Origin: Octopus vulgaris
Lineage: Eukaryota
Length of the DNA stretch: 64,000 nucleotides
Reading direction: 5' to 3'
Assembly: GCA_951406725.2 (NCBI GenBank)
Contig: OX597817.1
Location: 24,304,001-24,368,000, forward strand
A program made the translations under genes and the position numbers. Below are positions 38,049-52,168 of the stretch, piece after piece (the first letter of the stretch is position 1; every line of letters starts with the position of its first letter). Below the pieces are notes generated by a model. It saw only the letters and a list, made by a program, of their open reading frames with translations. It made no database searches and had not been told where the DNA came from.

Positions 38049-38755
38049 TACCATTCGATAGAATTTTGTTGTTGTTTTTCTTCTCTTTTTTTTTCTTTTC
38101 TTATCCTTCACATCTCAAAACGAGATTTGTGGTAAAGCCAGTTCAACAAAAATTTTAACAGCAATCCATAAATCTTAGACTAGATAAAAAAATAACAAAA
38201 CAAAAATAAAATTAAACAAAAAAACATTTCAATTCATTTTTTTTCCAACCAATTGTATTATTATTACTACTACTACTACTACACACTTCATATCAATATT
38301 CATTGTGATAGCAACATGAATAATAAAGCATTTAATCACATATTCAGCTCATTGTTTTTGCAGCTATGGGCATATAATCTATTCTCAATTGCCAGTCTGT
38401 TTAAAGGCTAAAAGGAAAATTTGAGGTCAACCTTAATATAGCATAACACATAAGCACATTATTAGCACTTTTTGTTAATCTATAAATTTTTAATAAAATC
38501 AAGAAGAAAATAAACAGAGCAGATACAAATACATTAGAGAAACTGATGCCCTTTGTGTTTTGTTTATAGCAACCTATGCTTCATTGATTATTGAAATGTA
38601 ATGAAATAGCAATAAGGCAGCACTGAAGGCCAGTGTTCAAAAGGTCATTCCTATATGTTAATCTGCCAATATTTTGTGAGAAAAACTTTATTGAAAAGCT
38701 GTGTACATTTGTTTGCTTCCAAGTGTGGCATGGACTTACCATGTTTTAATTCATT

Positions 38756-38806
<51 letters not shown>

Positions 38807-38828
38807 TTTATTTAAAGCAGCAGAAAAT

Positions 38829-38864
38829 TGTCCGATGAACGGCAACAGGAAACTCAGAGTAACA
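38829..38864 (+). ncRNA. Minimal hammerhead-like motif inside a 23-bp inverted repeat (38807-38897)
   Basis: TGT-CCGATGA-ACGGCAACAG-GAAAC-TCAGA-GTA-ACA. Stem I TGT/ACA, near-palindromic stem III ACTCAGAGT, weak stem II. Confidence 0.55.
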
Positions 38865-39041
38865 GGTTTTGTTGAATTTTCTGCTGCTTTAAATAAAGCA
38901 TATTACTCTACCACTGGTATTTGAGTACTCTTTTTTCCACCTTGTTTCACCTTGTTTACTCCGGTATGTGTGTGTGTTTGTATGTGTATATGGGTCCATG
39001 TACATGCATATGTAAGCATGTGTGTAATATGTGTATGTCTG

Positions 39042-39074
<33 letters not shown>

Positions 39075-39077
<3 letters not shown>

Positions 39078-39258
39078 CTGGTGTCATGTAAAAAGTGCCG
39101 ACTACACTTTCAGAGTAGCTGGCATTAGGAAGGGCATCAAGCTGTAGAAATCTTGCTAGATGAGATTGGAACTGGTGCACAATACTGACTTGCCAGTCCC
39201 CAGTCAAACCGTCCAACCCATGCCAGCATTGAAATGGACGTTAAACGATGATGATGTT
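39075..39258 (+). mobile_element. RTE 3' terminus in microsatellite
   Basis: Conserved end with (GAT)n. Confidence 0.8.
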
Positions 39259-39315
39259 GATACATATGTATATATATATGTATGTATAACTGTGTATACA
39301 TATGCTATGTATATA

Positions 39316-39464
39316 TATATAATTGTTAAAGAGGACAACAAACGTTAAGATAAGACAAACGTCTCAAGTCGTATACATTACTATTCAAAAAACAAATAAT
39401 AATGTATACAACTTGAGATGTTTGCCTTGCCTTAACGTTTGTTGTCCTCTTTAACAATTATATA
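39316..39464. repeat. Hairpin / fold-back (~65-bp arms)
   Basis: TATAATTGTTAAAGAGGACAACAAACGTTAAG...GTATACATTA and its reverse complement. Confidence 0.88.
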
Positions 39465-39844
39465 TCCACTGCAGCGGAAATCTGCACTGGCTCCATAAAT
39501 AATATCTCGGCTATAACCTTGGAGCCTTAGTAATCTGTTACAGCACTTACCTAGTGTACCTAATCATTTAGATCACCTGCAAACTAGGCTGGCTCTTTGA
39601 AATACAAGTACAACTCCTTTTTGGCAGCTGAATGAACTGGAGTAACATGAAATAAAGTGTCTTGGTCAAGGACACAATGTGTCATGGGGAATCGAACTCA
39701 TGACCTTACAATTGTGAGCCAATTATTCTAACCACTAAGCCATGTGCCTTGGATAATGAAATACATAATTGCTATGAAGCCACATGGAGAAGAGATAGAT
39801 AGATAGATAGACAGACAGATCAATATATTATACTTACATATATA

Positions 39845-40240
39845 CTCTTTTACTTGTTTCAGTCATTTGACTGTGGCCATGCTGGAGCACCGCCTTTTGT
39901 CGAGCAAATCGACCCCAGGACTTATTCTTTGTAAGCCTAGTACTTATTCTATTGGTCTCTTTTCCCGCTAAGTTACGGAGACGTAAACACACCAGCATCG
40001 GTTGTCAAGCGATGTTTGGGGGGGGGGGGACAAACACAGACACGCAAACACACACACAAATATATATATACACATACATATATACGACGGGCTTCTTTCA
40101 GTTTCCGTCTACCAAATCCACTCATAAGGCTTTGGTCAGCCTGAGGCTATAGTAGAAGACACTTGCCCAAGATGCCACGCAGTGGGACTGAACCCAGAAC
40201 CATGTGGTTCATAAGCAAGCTACTTACCACACAGCCACTT
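39845..40240 (-). mobile_element. SINE family B
   Basis: Full head-to-tail match to 48342-48730. Confidence 0.9.
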
Positions 40241-40261
40241 CTATATATATGTACACATATG

Positions 40262-40300
<39 letters not shown>

Positions 40301-40313
40301 ACATATGTATATA

Positions 40314-40353
<40 letters not shown>

Positions 40354-40357
<4 letters not shown>

Positions 40358-40954
40358 AATAAGGATGAGAGAGAAAAGATAGGTTACTAAAATATATTCT
40401 GTTGTAAAATTATTATGTGCACAAAATCATATACTAAAACTATATAGATATATTAAAAATAAGTTTAAAATATATAGATAGAATTATATAAATATGCGAA
40501 GAATATTTTAAGAACATACAATATATAGTCCTGCTTACAATAAAAACAATATTAAAATTATGTGCACAGAATAGGCAGAGTGTACAAAATATTGTAAATC
40601 CATTCTGTTACATCTATTACATCTTTTGTACCACTATGCCCCCAGAAATGACAGTCAGACTCTAACAAATTATAAAGCTCTATATGGATTTACAATATTT
40701 TCTACACTCCACTCATTCTGTGTATATAATTTTAATCTCATTTTTATTGTAAGTAAGATTATATATTGTATGTTCTTAAAATATTCTTAGCATCTTTATA
40801 TATTTACATCTGTATACTTTTAATGTATTTTTAATATATTTTTAAGTGTATTTATATATCTATATATTTTTAGTATATGATTTTGTGCACATAATAATTT
40901 TACAACAGAATATATTTTAGTAACCTCTCTTTTGTCTTTCCTCATTAATTTTTC
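40354..40954. repeat. Long inverted repeat (~250-bp arms, ~80-nt spacer)
   Basis: AGGTTACTAAAATATATTCTGTTGTAAAATTATTATGTGCACAAAATCATATACTAAAA and its exact reverse complement at ~40868-40926, continuing inward to AAAATATTGTAAATCCAT. Confidence 0.88.
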
Positions 40955-41049
40955 TATTATCCTATGGCTCAAATATATTGAGCACTTTAATGTGTCCTGT
41001 ATACAGAGAAAATTCTATCTCTAGAAAATGAATTATATACATATATATA

Positions 41050-41690
41050 TCATCATCATCATCATCATTTAACGTCTGCTTTCCGTGGTAGCATGGATTG
41101 GACGATTTGACTGAGGAGTGGCAAACCAGATGTCTGCACCAGGCTCCAATCTGATCTGGCAGAGTTTCTACAGCTGGATGCCCTATCCTAACTCCAACCA
41201 CTCTGAGAATGTAGTGGGTGCTTTTATGTGCCACCAGCACGAGGGTCAGTCAGGCAGTACTAGCAAGGGCCATGCTCAAATGGTGCCTTTTATGTGCCAC
41301 CTGCACAGGAGCCAGTCCAGCAGCACTGGCAACGACCTCACTTGAATGTTTTTTTATGTGCCACCAGCACAAGTGCCAGTAAGGCAATGCAGGTAATGAT
41401 CACACTCAAATGGTGTCTTTTATGCGCCACCGACATGAAGGCCAGATTGTTGCTCTGGCAATGATCACACTCGTATGGTACTCTTAGTGCTCCACTAGCA
41501 CAGATGCCAGTCATCGAATTTGATTTCGATTTCACTTGCCTCATCAGTTTTTCGCAAGCAGAGTTTAGTGTCCAATGAAGGAAAGGTATGCATAAGTGGG
41601 CTGGTTACACCCCTGGCATAGGCCACAAGGTTATGGTCTCACTTGAGCTTGCCAAGTCTTCACAAGCACAGCATATTTCCAAAGGTCCCG
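41050..41690 (-). mobile_element. RTE 3' end (ORF stop + full 3'UTR), different subfamily from 1-1256
   Basis: Reverse complement encodes RDLWKYAVL. The 3'UTR has diverged GTGGCACATAAAA units and the conserved end. Confidence 0.88.
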
Positions 41691-42917
41691 GTATGTATAT
41701 AAAATGGGGTAAAACAAAATCAAGTAATGGCATTAGGATACATGCTGCACATAATTTTTGATTTTGTCATTTTATTCTGTTCAAATAGTAATAAAAATTT
41801 ATCTGCTAGAGTGTACCAAGAGTTTCAGATCAAACTAGCTTTAGCCATACTAACCTTAGCTGCTAGACCTTGTACACATATATAGAAATACTTATAACAT
41901 AGTCTCCCTCTGGCTTTCAGGAACCCCTAACTTATTTCACTTCATTTCACCTGCTCTGTAAGTATACACATGCTGACGCTCATACAGAGATACTCAGCCA
42001 ATTTTTATAATATATTGCTTTGTAGTGACACACTAAACAGCAAAAACAAAATCTTTTGTTTTGATATTTAACATTAATAAAAGCACTGGATATCAATTGA
42101 AAAGATTTGAGTAAAATAAATTGTATATAATAAAGAAATAATTTAAAACGGTTTCCATAGCACTTGAATATATAAAGCAAAATAAGGCTAAAAACTATTT
42201 AGAAAATCTTTGAGGAAACTATATATTTCTCCATTGCATTCTAACATATTTCTAATGAAATACATCCGCACATGCATGCACACAGAGACACACACAAACA
42301 CACACACACACATATACATACACACACATATACATATACACACACATATACACACACATATACATATATACATACACACATATACATATATACATACATA
42401 CACACACGTATATATATACATACACACACGTACATATACATACGCACACACACATATATACACACACACACATATATATATACACACATACACATATACA
42501 ATATTATATATGTACGTGTGTATGTATGTGTATACACACACAAGCACACACACATCTGTATGCAGAAGTGCTTAACAAAGTTTATAGCTCTAATCAAATC
42601 AAAGGTATTCAGTCATTTTAATAGGTTGCTACAGCCACATTGTTTATAGGTATTTAGACAGAACTAAACGAGTTAAAAACTTGCAAAATTTCGGAAACAG
42701 TGAAAACAAGACCATAAAACACACTTGATGTTATATATGAGTGATTTTGTATATGTGGTTATATATGTGAGTGTTTGAGCTTGTATTTGTGTGCATATAT
42801 GGATATGTGTCAACAGATATAGATATGCATGTTTGTGTATGTGTGTTTATGATATATAAATACAAGCATGCACATATACATATATATGCATTATGTAAGT
42901 ATATACATGTATTTATG

Positions 42918-42955
<38 letters not shown>

Positions 42956-43040
42956 TATACATATTTATATATATATGTATGTATGTATATATGTGTGTAT
43001 GTATATCTATCTATATATTTATATACTGTATATGTATATA

Positions 43041-43189
43041 TCATCATCATCATCATCATCATCGTTTAACGTCCGCTTTCCATGCTAGCATGGGTTGGAC
43101 GGTTCAACTGGGGTCTGGGAAGCCCGAAGGCTGCACCAGGCCAGTCAGATGTGGCAGTGTTTCTACAGCTGGATGCCCTTCCTAACGCC
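43041..43189 (-). mobile_element. RTE 3' terminus in (TA)n
   Basis: (CAT)n...GCTGGATGCCCTTCCTAACGCCA. Confidence 0.85.
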
Positions 43190-43229
<40 letters not shown>

Positions 43230-43802
43230 ATGTATAAATGCATAAAAATACACACATAATCAACCAGATTTCCTGTCTGTTCAGGAAAGATTAAAATTAA
43301 ATTCTTTAATTAATGTTTCTTTAATGAACTTCCTTCTTCACAAATATAAAGGAATAAAGAAAAGGCTAAAATTACTAAGAAACTAAAATAACTAAAATCA
43401 AAGTAAGATTGGCATTTGCTAATTTATTTAAAATTCTTTAACTAATCTAAGGTTAGACCACCTTAATTAATACAGAGTTCAAAAAAAAAGGGATTTTTGT
43501 TTACCATAAAAAGTATTAATTTAAATATTTTGATAATTAAATAAATCCATTTATTTCTACACTTATTCAAATATTTCTGCTTGCATTTTGTTCACGTTTT
43601 CATATTCATTTATGTATTTACTTACTGACCTGAAGTCTGCTGTGTGCTCACTAGACATGCTTGCATATTTCAGGAAGTGAAACTTATTCAAAATAATTTA
43701 CAACAAATGTTACACTCATGAAACGCTACATGTCTTAAGTAGATAGATAGATTGGTTGAGAACGATATATATATATATATGTATGTATATATATATATAT
43801 AC

Positions 43803-44180
43803 ACTCTTTTACTTGTTTCAGTCATTTTACTGTGGCCATGCTGGAGCACTGCCTTTAGTAGAGCAAATCGACCCCAGGACTTATTCTTTGTAAGCCTAGT
43901 ACTTATTCTATCACTCTCTCTTGCTGAACCGCTAAGTGACTGGGACATAAACACACCAACATCGGTTGTTAAGCGATGTTGGGGGGACAAACACAGACAC
44001 ACAAACATACACACATACATATATATATATATACATACAAGACAGGCTTCTTTCAGTTTCCATTTCCAAATCCACTCACAAGGCTTTGGTCGGCCTGAGG
44101 CTATAGAAGACACTTGCCTAAGGTGCCATGCAGTGGCACTGAACCTGCACCCATGCTTACCACACAGCTTCTCCTGCACC
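43803..44180 (-). mobile_element. SINE family B
   Basis: Sequence match to the family; head partly deleted. Confidence 0.88.
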
Positions 44181-44234
44181 CATAGATAGATAGATAGATA
44201 GATGAATGCATACATACATACATACATACATATA

Positions 44235-44760
44235 CAAGACTAAGACCAATGACATCAACCACATTTTTTCCAACTGTGAGAAAATCTCTTCCAAATGTTT
44301 TCTTCACATGTGGCATAATGTAATGGCCAGAATAGTCTGGAACAAGATAACAAAGAAGAAAACTCCTACAGATGAAGTTGTCTGTATTGCAACAGATGGG
44401 TGAAAACAATATTTATGGCGCTTAAAAGTTAAAACAGCCATGAACTTAAAACACAACCAGCCAGATATTGTTGTGTGAAACCACAAGGAAAAGATATATG
44501 CTGTTATAGAAATCACCTGCCCACTGGACACCAATGTTATTAGAAAAATACAAGAGAAAGTGCATATCTATGGACCATGGATAAGAAGTTGGCAAATCCA
44601 TTACCCAAGATACCTATTATTATTGGTATAACAATCTGGTTGGAGCAAAGTATGGCTGAATTTGAGTCCTTTGGGAGAGGATAAAAATCCATAATTCATA
44701 CACTACAAATTATTATGATAATTGGGACTCTAAAAATTTGCAGGACCTTAAGATTTAAGG
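44235..44760 (+). pseudogene. R4/Dong-like non-LTR element C-terminus (zinc-knuckle tail + restriction-like endonuclease)
   Basis: INHIFSNC...HNVMARIV...HNQPDIVV...VIEITCPLDTNV..K..EK...Y, matching the H..S.C, RH(N), PD-(D/E)xK pattern. Contains stops. Confidence 0.78.
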
Positions 44761-45059
44761 GATGATGAACAAAACAAGGTCCTTTCCTTCACAAAGGCAA
44801 AGAGAACATATATACATGCATACGTTCATAAGTACATACATACATATTTACTGTTTTGGGGATTTATTGAGAAAGGAGAAAGCCTTTGGCAGGGTCCCTC
44901 ACTCCCTCATCTGGTGATTACCACAAAAGCTACAGGTGAATTAATCCTGTGATTGATAGCATCCATGTATAAAAGTGCTGTCAGTAAAATGAGAGCAGTA
45001 AGCACAGCAATAAATTTAATGAGCAAGTTGGAGTTTCCCTGTGTTTGGCTGTTAATGAA

Positions 45060-45360
45060 GAAGAAAATGAAGTCTAGAAAGAAATGAAGCTAACATGTCC
45101 CACTGGATGTACAACATTTTTGTACATGTGCTACAGAGTGTAAATGTGTTACAAGAAAAATTTATCATAAGAGGAATCTGTTGTAAGTACAAGAAAGAAG
45201 ACTGTACTGGTCTGATCATGTGATGTGTATGGATGAGGAAATCTGCATAAAGAAGTGCACGTTGGTGGATTCTGTGGAAGAGGAAGACTCAGTAAGGCAT
45301 GTGAGCAAGTAGTGAAGAATAAGCTCCAGATGTTGAACCATAAGGGCTGGTGATTTGCAG
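45060..45360 (+). mobile_element. Decayed RTE C-terminal fragment
   Basis: VQERRLYW..HVMCMDEEICIKKC. Confidence 0.7.
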
Positions 45361-45664
45361 TGCTCAAGTAAATCCATCCACATCGACAATATGAGGCCTA
45401 AAAGAGCACATCCTTTATGACTGTGCCCTTGATGTGTCTCTCTCAGATAATTCATTTTCTTAACTCCCATCTGTGTTCAATCTTTATGGTTAATAAAAAA
45501 AATTAATTCATCTTCTTAACAGTTACTCCTTCATCATGAATGCGACAGAGAATGTAACTCAGGTATCAGTGGCGAGGCGGGACTCATGGGGTCCGAATTA
45601 AACCCCACCCACTCCATTCATAATGTCTTCCGGTCTGTCCTATCATTTGATTTTATTATATTTT

Positions 45665-45821
45665 CTACACTCATGGAGTGGTTGGCATTAGGAAGGGCAT
45701 CCAGCTGTAGAAACACAGCCAGATCAGATTGGGCCTGGTGCAGCCTTATGGCTTCCCAGACCCCAGTTGAACCGTCCAACCCATACTAGCATGGAAAGCG
45801 AACGTTAAACGATGATGATGA
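45665..45821 (+). mobile_element. RTE 3' terminus
   Basis: Conserved end with (GAT)n. Confidence 0.85.
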
Positions 45822-46115
45822 TTTTTGTAAAATATTTAATGTCATCTTTTTTGTATAATCATTTGCTCATCTGACCCCAAAATTAGATTGCATTGTCCCC
45901 TCTTTGTTGGCTCCTTGTGGGTAATAAAAAATCAAAGTTACTCCTTCATCACTCTTCTGATTAAAGCATTATTCACTCATCTGAGAGAAGAACTGTGGAT
46001 ATTTCATTTCTACTCTTGTACTATCAGTTATCACTCTCACTGGAACCACTCTCTTTGTCACCCACATTCACAGTATCCTGAACCACTTCATTCTCTACTG
46101 AATACTCATTCCACC

Positions 46116-46485
46116 GTTCTATATTTAAGAGATGAGGAATTATATACATTATTTACATTCAATGGATATTTGTCCCCATCTTGTTTGTTGTTAACACAAC
46201 AACATGCCAGTATGCCATGGGCATATGGCATAGTGGTTAAGAGTGCGGACTACTAACCCCAAGATTCCGAGTTCGATGCCAAGCATTGACCTGAACGCTA
46301 GCAATAATAACAACAGCAACAATAATAATGATAATAACAACATCGAAAAATACATTACGAATGAGAACCCATGTTCTAAATTTCCTCAAGACACCTGAAG
46401 AAGGCTGGAGGGTATATCAGCCAAAACGTTGTCTTAACAAACTCGATGAGGACAAATATCCGTTGGATGTAAATAATGTAAATAA
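46116..46485 (+). mobile_element. SINE family D with an inverted copy of its own 3' tail upstream
   Basis: 46116-46200 is the reverse complement of the post-hammerhead tail (cf. 2061-2160). Head at 46219. HHR at 46391-46434 has GAAA mutated to AAAA. Confidence 0.85.
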
Positions 46486-48341
46486 GCCATTTCACCCTTC
46501 CCTCTTTTCACACTCTCATTCTGCTAATTCCATTCCTGTACCACACTTTATCACCTACTGTTTCCACCCTTATAACCCCATGACCTTGTCCCTGGCATAG
46601 TGTGTATCTCACTCACACCTCCTACACAATAATTCACATCATCTGTGCTGCTACCTATTACCCCTATTTCCACCATACTCTTACCACTGATCATGTCTGC
46701 ACTCATGTTCATCATTCACTGCATTTACCTTCATCCCTATCTCTATCATCTGTCACTGTCTTTTCATATTCTCAGAAACTTATCAAGTCAGCTACCCTGT
46801 CTGATCCTCTGTTCAATTCATCTTATATTCATTTTGCTGTAACTTGAGGGTTACACTCTAATGCTTCATCACCATCTTATTTCTCTACAACAGGACATCT
46901 GTTCTGTCCTTCTATCATACTTTAACCTCATCATCTAGTATAAAACTACCTCCTCCAATACTACACTCCTGCCTAGCGGAGGGTCCTTGTCTTGTGTTAT
47001 ATGTTGACCTCACTAGCATTACTGCCAGGAAAAAACACCTTATAGCCTCTGTAAAATGGTTGGCATTGGGAAGAGTATCTGGTTGTAGAAACCAGGCCAA
47101 AGTAGATATTGGAACTTAGAGCAGTCCTCTGATATTTTGGCTCCTCTTGAACTGTCCAACGCATGCGAGCATTGAAATGGATGTTTATTAATGATGATGA
47201 AGACAAACAGACAAACAGACAGATAGATTGATAGATAGATTGTTTGATTGATAGATTGATTGATAGATAGATAAAGATAGAGATGTAGATTCGCACACAC
47301 ACACACACACACACACAAGTGTATATCACATCAAAATATGTTATGACAGATTAAAATGAAAAGTAATTCCAAATATCTAGAGAGGTAACAATATTAGCAT
47401 TTTTGTTGCCTTGATTTTTATTTTGTTTTGCTTTTTCTTATCAGTAATAGCAGAATGTATTTAATTGGACCACAAAAATAATAGATTAATGAGATATTGT
47501 CAAGTTTTATGAAGGAATGCCTCGTTACGCAGACCATTTACAAAAATTTGACCTGAGGTCGCAAAAAAATGAAAGAAAACAAAAAACAGCAAATAAACAT
47601 TAAAAATAACAATATTTTTAACAGCGTATAAAATATGATTTTTCCTTTCTTTTTTTTTTTGGGGGGGGGGGCTATTTTAATGAATGAACACTTTAATAAA
47701 TATTTAACTGCTACTATTCATTTATCTGTTATTGCTTTATATCTTGAATAGTTGTTACTCTGATGGTGTGGCCTAGCCTGCACGGAAGGTGATGAAAGCA
47801 GATGATTTAAAAAAAATTTTCTTGCAAATCAAGCCTTGTTCATCCCCTCTATCGTATATCTATATTTAACCTCAAATGAATTATAAGATATTCACAGTAA
47901 TTATTTGAGTCATAATGTATATAATTATGTAGAAGAGATGAAGGAGATAACTGAAATGTCGAAGGATGGATGGAGAAAGAGGAAGGAATAGCTTATTTTG
48001 CAAGTATTTAAATAGTAGCTCAACCTGTTCAAAATAGCTGCCAAATATTCTCCAAATTACACTCAATCATCTTAACAAGAAGGAAGATAGTATCAGAAAT
48101 TGTAGTTTGAGATACTGAAAAATAATATGATTGCAACAGCAGGAAAACCAAAATTAAAAAGTCTGCTCAAAGAAAAGAGCAGATTGTGACAAATTAATAG
48201 GAACAACAACAACACCTACAACAGCAACAGTAGCAACCGAAACAAGAGATAAACAATATTTATAGAATTTTCATTTTCGTTTTTTATGAAACTAACATGG
48301 ATTAGATGCAGGAATTTGGACATTTTTACATGAATATTTCT

Positions 48342-48505
48342 AGCAGGAGTGGCTGTGTGGTAAGTAGCTTGCTTACCAGCCACATGGTTCCGGGTTCAAT
48401 CCCACTGTGTGGCACCTTGGGCAAGTGTCTTCTACTATAGCCTCGGGCAGACCAAAGCCTTGTGAGTGAATTTGGTAGACGGAAACTGAAAGAAGCCCAT
48501 CGTAT

Positions 48506-48537
<32 letters not shown>

Positions 48538-48730
48538 CTTTGTCCCCCCAACATCGTTTGATAACTGATGCTGGTGTGTTACGTCCACGTAACTTAGCAG
48601 TTCGGCAAAAGAACCGATAGAATAAGTATTGGGTTTACAAAGAATAAGTCCTCTGGTCGATTTGCTCGACTAAAGGCAGTGCTCCAGCATGGCTGCAGTC
48701 AAATGACTGAAACAAGTAACAGAGTAAAGA
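48342..48730 (+). mobile_element. SINE family B, full length
   Basis: GCAGGAGTGGCTGTGTGGTAAG...GGTTCAATCCC...CAAATGACTGAAACAAGTAA. Confidence 0.92.
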
Positions 48731-50461
48731 GCAATTTGACTGCACACCAAACAGAAAAGCAAATAGGAAATAAGCAAGCTAGTACGAGGGCATTTGAATC
48801 GAAATTAGAACGCATGGTATTGGAACACTATACATGAGTATCCTGTCACGGAGACGGGTGGTGTCCAAATCCATTGTTGTGTCAGCATCGATTTCACTGA
48901 GGAGAGACAGATAATTATTGAATTGTTCATGTCAAAACTTTAAGGAATGGAATTAAGCACTATGTTTATTTCTTTTCATTTGTCTAGCTCGTAAACATCT
49001 AGCATCTTGCTAATTTGAGAACACAGATTTTTTCGTTAGATGGTTTGACATCTATTTTTAGCATACAAGGGATCCACTTAGTAGTCTCTCCTATTGTTTA
49101 TATTCAAATAGAATTCACAGCCTTCAGACGTTTTTTTAAGTATGCTGACCACTGGTTGAAATTGATATTATTTAATATTAATTTCTACTCTTATTATCAA
49201 GTAGGAAATTGTATTCTTTAAGACTCCCAACTAGATGTATATACGAGAATAGGAAATGAATAGTTTATTTTTCAAGTGTTTAAACAGTTACTCAACCTGT
49301 TCAAAATAGCTGCTAAATATTCTCTAAATTACACCAGTTTACTAATTCAACACCTAAAATTACTTTGCTATTTCACTTCTTGAACAAAGAAGACTATATA
49401 AGGCCACCATTTGATCTGCTGTGGATAGCTGCCACATCACACTTAAATAATGATTACTCTATGGATAGCTGCCACAGCTCCCTCAAATAAGTCTTTACTA
49501 TCTTTAGTAAGAATCCAAAATACATTACATTATGAAGTTTTACATACCTTTAGAAACAGAGAATAGTCAGAGTTTGAATGCTTTCCTGTTTAGTCAGTGT
49601 TAAATGTAAGCAACAATTACAGCTACAACCAAAATTAACTACTTTACCTCCATCAATAAGGGAACCTCAATACAGTCTCTTTGTCAGTAAGTAGCCAAAT
49701 CCCCCTCAAATATCTGTCAGAGAAAGAAAATACATTGGATGATACAGTTCTGGCAGCACAGATCCAATGAAAAAGTTGGGACAGTCTTTTTCTGGAATGC
49801 ACAGAAAGGCTGTCTTGAGCTGACATTAAAGCTAAAAGTAACAACTCCAATATTGTCAACATCAAATATCTTACACAGCAACATGGTTTATGACACCATT
49901 GTTGTCTTAAACCATTCATTCATCTACTATTACAATCAAGTTTTAGGATCATCCTCACCTCACTAAATCTACTGTTAGTAATAATATCATGTAAATTCTA
50001 ATCTCACATATAAATTCTAATCTGTTTACTGCATTGATTGATCGGTTGAATCTTCAATTCTGTATATCAGAAATGAAACTATTGAAGCTACAAAGACTAA
50101 CATTTTTATCAATAATCACAAAACAGAATAAAAACTTATTCTCTTTTATTGTTTACTTCTTTAAAAATGGTACATTTTATTCAATAAGGTATTTGAATAT
50201 GTGAGTATATATGTAAGTCATTATTCAGTCTATTTCAAAATTTTTTGCCAATAGAGAAAGAACCAGTTTCTAACCTAGATCCAAGGTTCCTTCATTGGAA
50301 TTTCAACATCAACAACAGGGTATTTTTGTATGTATGTATGTATGTATGTATGTATGTATGTATGCACGCACGCACGCACGTATGTATGTGCAGATTTGTA
50401 AGTTTTATGTATGTATTCTCATGCATATAGTTACATATCTAGACATGCTCATTTATATTTT

Positions 50462-51217
50462 GATCCCATTTTCAGTCAGCCATTGTTGATTTCTTTATGC
50501 TGTGTGGTATGGAGCCCCATCTTTGATGAATAAAAACTCATTTTTCATTATGTTATCGTGGGAATACATAGGAAGTAGTCCTTCCTTAAGTATTTCGATG
50601 AATTTTTCACAGTTTATGGTTCCCACACATTCGATCAGCTCAGAACGACCATTGCTGGTGACAGCTCTCCATACCCTTACAGAGATACTGCCGTATTTCA
50701 CAGTCGTTTCAAATGAAATTCTTGACCCAAATGCGTCCACTGTCTGAAAATAATGCAAATCTGGATTCATCTGAGAAAATCACTCTATCCCAAAATGAAC
50801 TGCATTTTTCTGATTTCTCTTTAGCCCATTTCTTTCTTTTCATGATATTAATTGGTTGAAGGAGAGGTTTTCTTCTAGTGGCTCTTCCATAATATCCAAG
50901 CTTATGCAGATATGTAACACACGTTCTTAGACTAACTTCTATCTGTTTTGCAATGTCAGAAGCCTTCGAACGGCGTTTGTTTTCACAATTCTCTTCAAAC
51001 AGCGAAGTTTCCTTTCTGAGTGCCCAGGTTAGCTGGGATGAGAATCTGTTGATTCTCTTCCTTGGCTTTTGAATTGTACTATAATTTTATTAACAGCAGC
51101 AAAAGGAATTTGAAGATTTTTGGCAATTTTTCGCTGCCTAAGACTAGCCTCAGATTGCTCAACAATATGACTTCTTGGAAAATCTGACAGTTCTGCTGAA
51201 ATTTTTGTGTGTGGCAT
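50462..51217 (-). pseudogene. Tc1-like transposase, decayed
   Basis: HTH-like N-terminus ELSDF.R..IV....RQRKIAKNL, then TVKYG..SVRVW, EILKEGLLP and F.KDGAPYHTA. Confidence 0.88.
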
Positions 51218-51358
51218 GGTTACTCTTCACAAATGTTTAATATAATGGGACCTGGAATTAAAAAGAATAATTAAATTGTAAATTCTACATCACTGAAATC
51301 ATATTAAGACGCTTAGACCAGAGATTTTGAAAATTAAATGTGTCTGTTTATTTCCTGC

Positions 51359-51409
<51 letters not shown>

Positions 51410-51496
51410 TATACATGTATATGCGTTCAACAGTCCAGCATGCTGAAATCTACAAGTCTTATTTTCATTCTCTCTCTTTATTTTCTCTTATTCCTT

Positions 51497-51530
51497 TCTG
51501 TTGAAGGGCATAGGCTTGAAACGTAAACGA
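51497..51530 (+). ncRNA. Degenerate minimal hammerhead in a PLE-like terminal repeat (to ~51620; related fragment at 17625-17735)
   Basis: TTGAAGG-GCATAGGCTT-GAAAC-GTA. Confidence 0.45.
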
Positions 51531-51652
51531 CTTTTACATTTTCCCAAGCATCAAACTAATGCAATTGCTTGTCATTCATACACCTGTATTCGTCTTTCGT
51601 TTTTCTATAAATTTCAACTATAGACTTGTGTGTGCATATATATGTTTTCTTT

Positions 51653-51686
<34 letters not shown>

Positions 51687-51817
51687 TATAAACATGCATG
51701 TACATATGTATATATACATATGTATGTATACATATGTATATATAAATGTGACCTCGTGTGTACCGTTGGCGATTTTTTTCCTCTGTCTTCTCTTCTCTGG
51801 ATCTTTCCTTCTCCTAT

Positions 51818-51852
51818 GTTTCCGACAAAGAGCTCCACTCGAAACGTTAAAC
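51818..51852 (+). ncRNA. Minimal hammerhead-like motif
   Basis: GTTT-CCGACAA-A-GAG(CTCCA)CTC-GAAAC-GTT-AAAC. Stems I and II are intact, stem III is palindromic AACGTT, and the core has substitutions. Confidence 0.6.
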
Positions 51853-51937
51853 CCTCCTTTCCTGAGCGTCCAATAATACTATATTTGTTCCACGTCCTCG
51901 CGTTGTTGTGTTTTTTGTGCTTTCTTCTTTGGATTAA

Positions 51938-51976
<39 letters not shown>

Positions 51977-52105
51977 ACATATATATATTTATACACACAC
52001 AAACACACACACACATATATATGGAGAGAAAGAGAGAGTAATGAACTCCAGCTTCAATGATATGTGCTGGGTGCTACTCCTGTTCATTTGCTCATTCATT
52101 TGAGT

Positions 52106-52168
<63 letters not shown>

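Noticed and set aside
47495-47560. Coding-looking stretch FYEGMPRYADHLQKFDLR
   Set aside because: No good splice sites and no recognised homology.
49640-49960. Possible exon or LINE RT relic
   Set aside because: Stops interrupt the plausible frames and no diagnostic motif was recognised.
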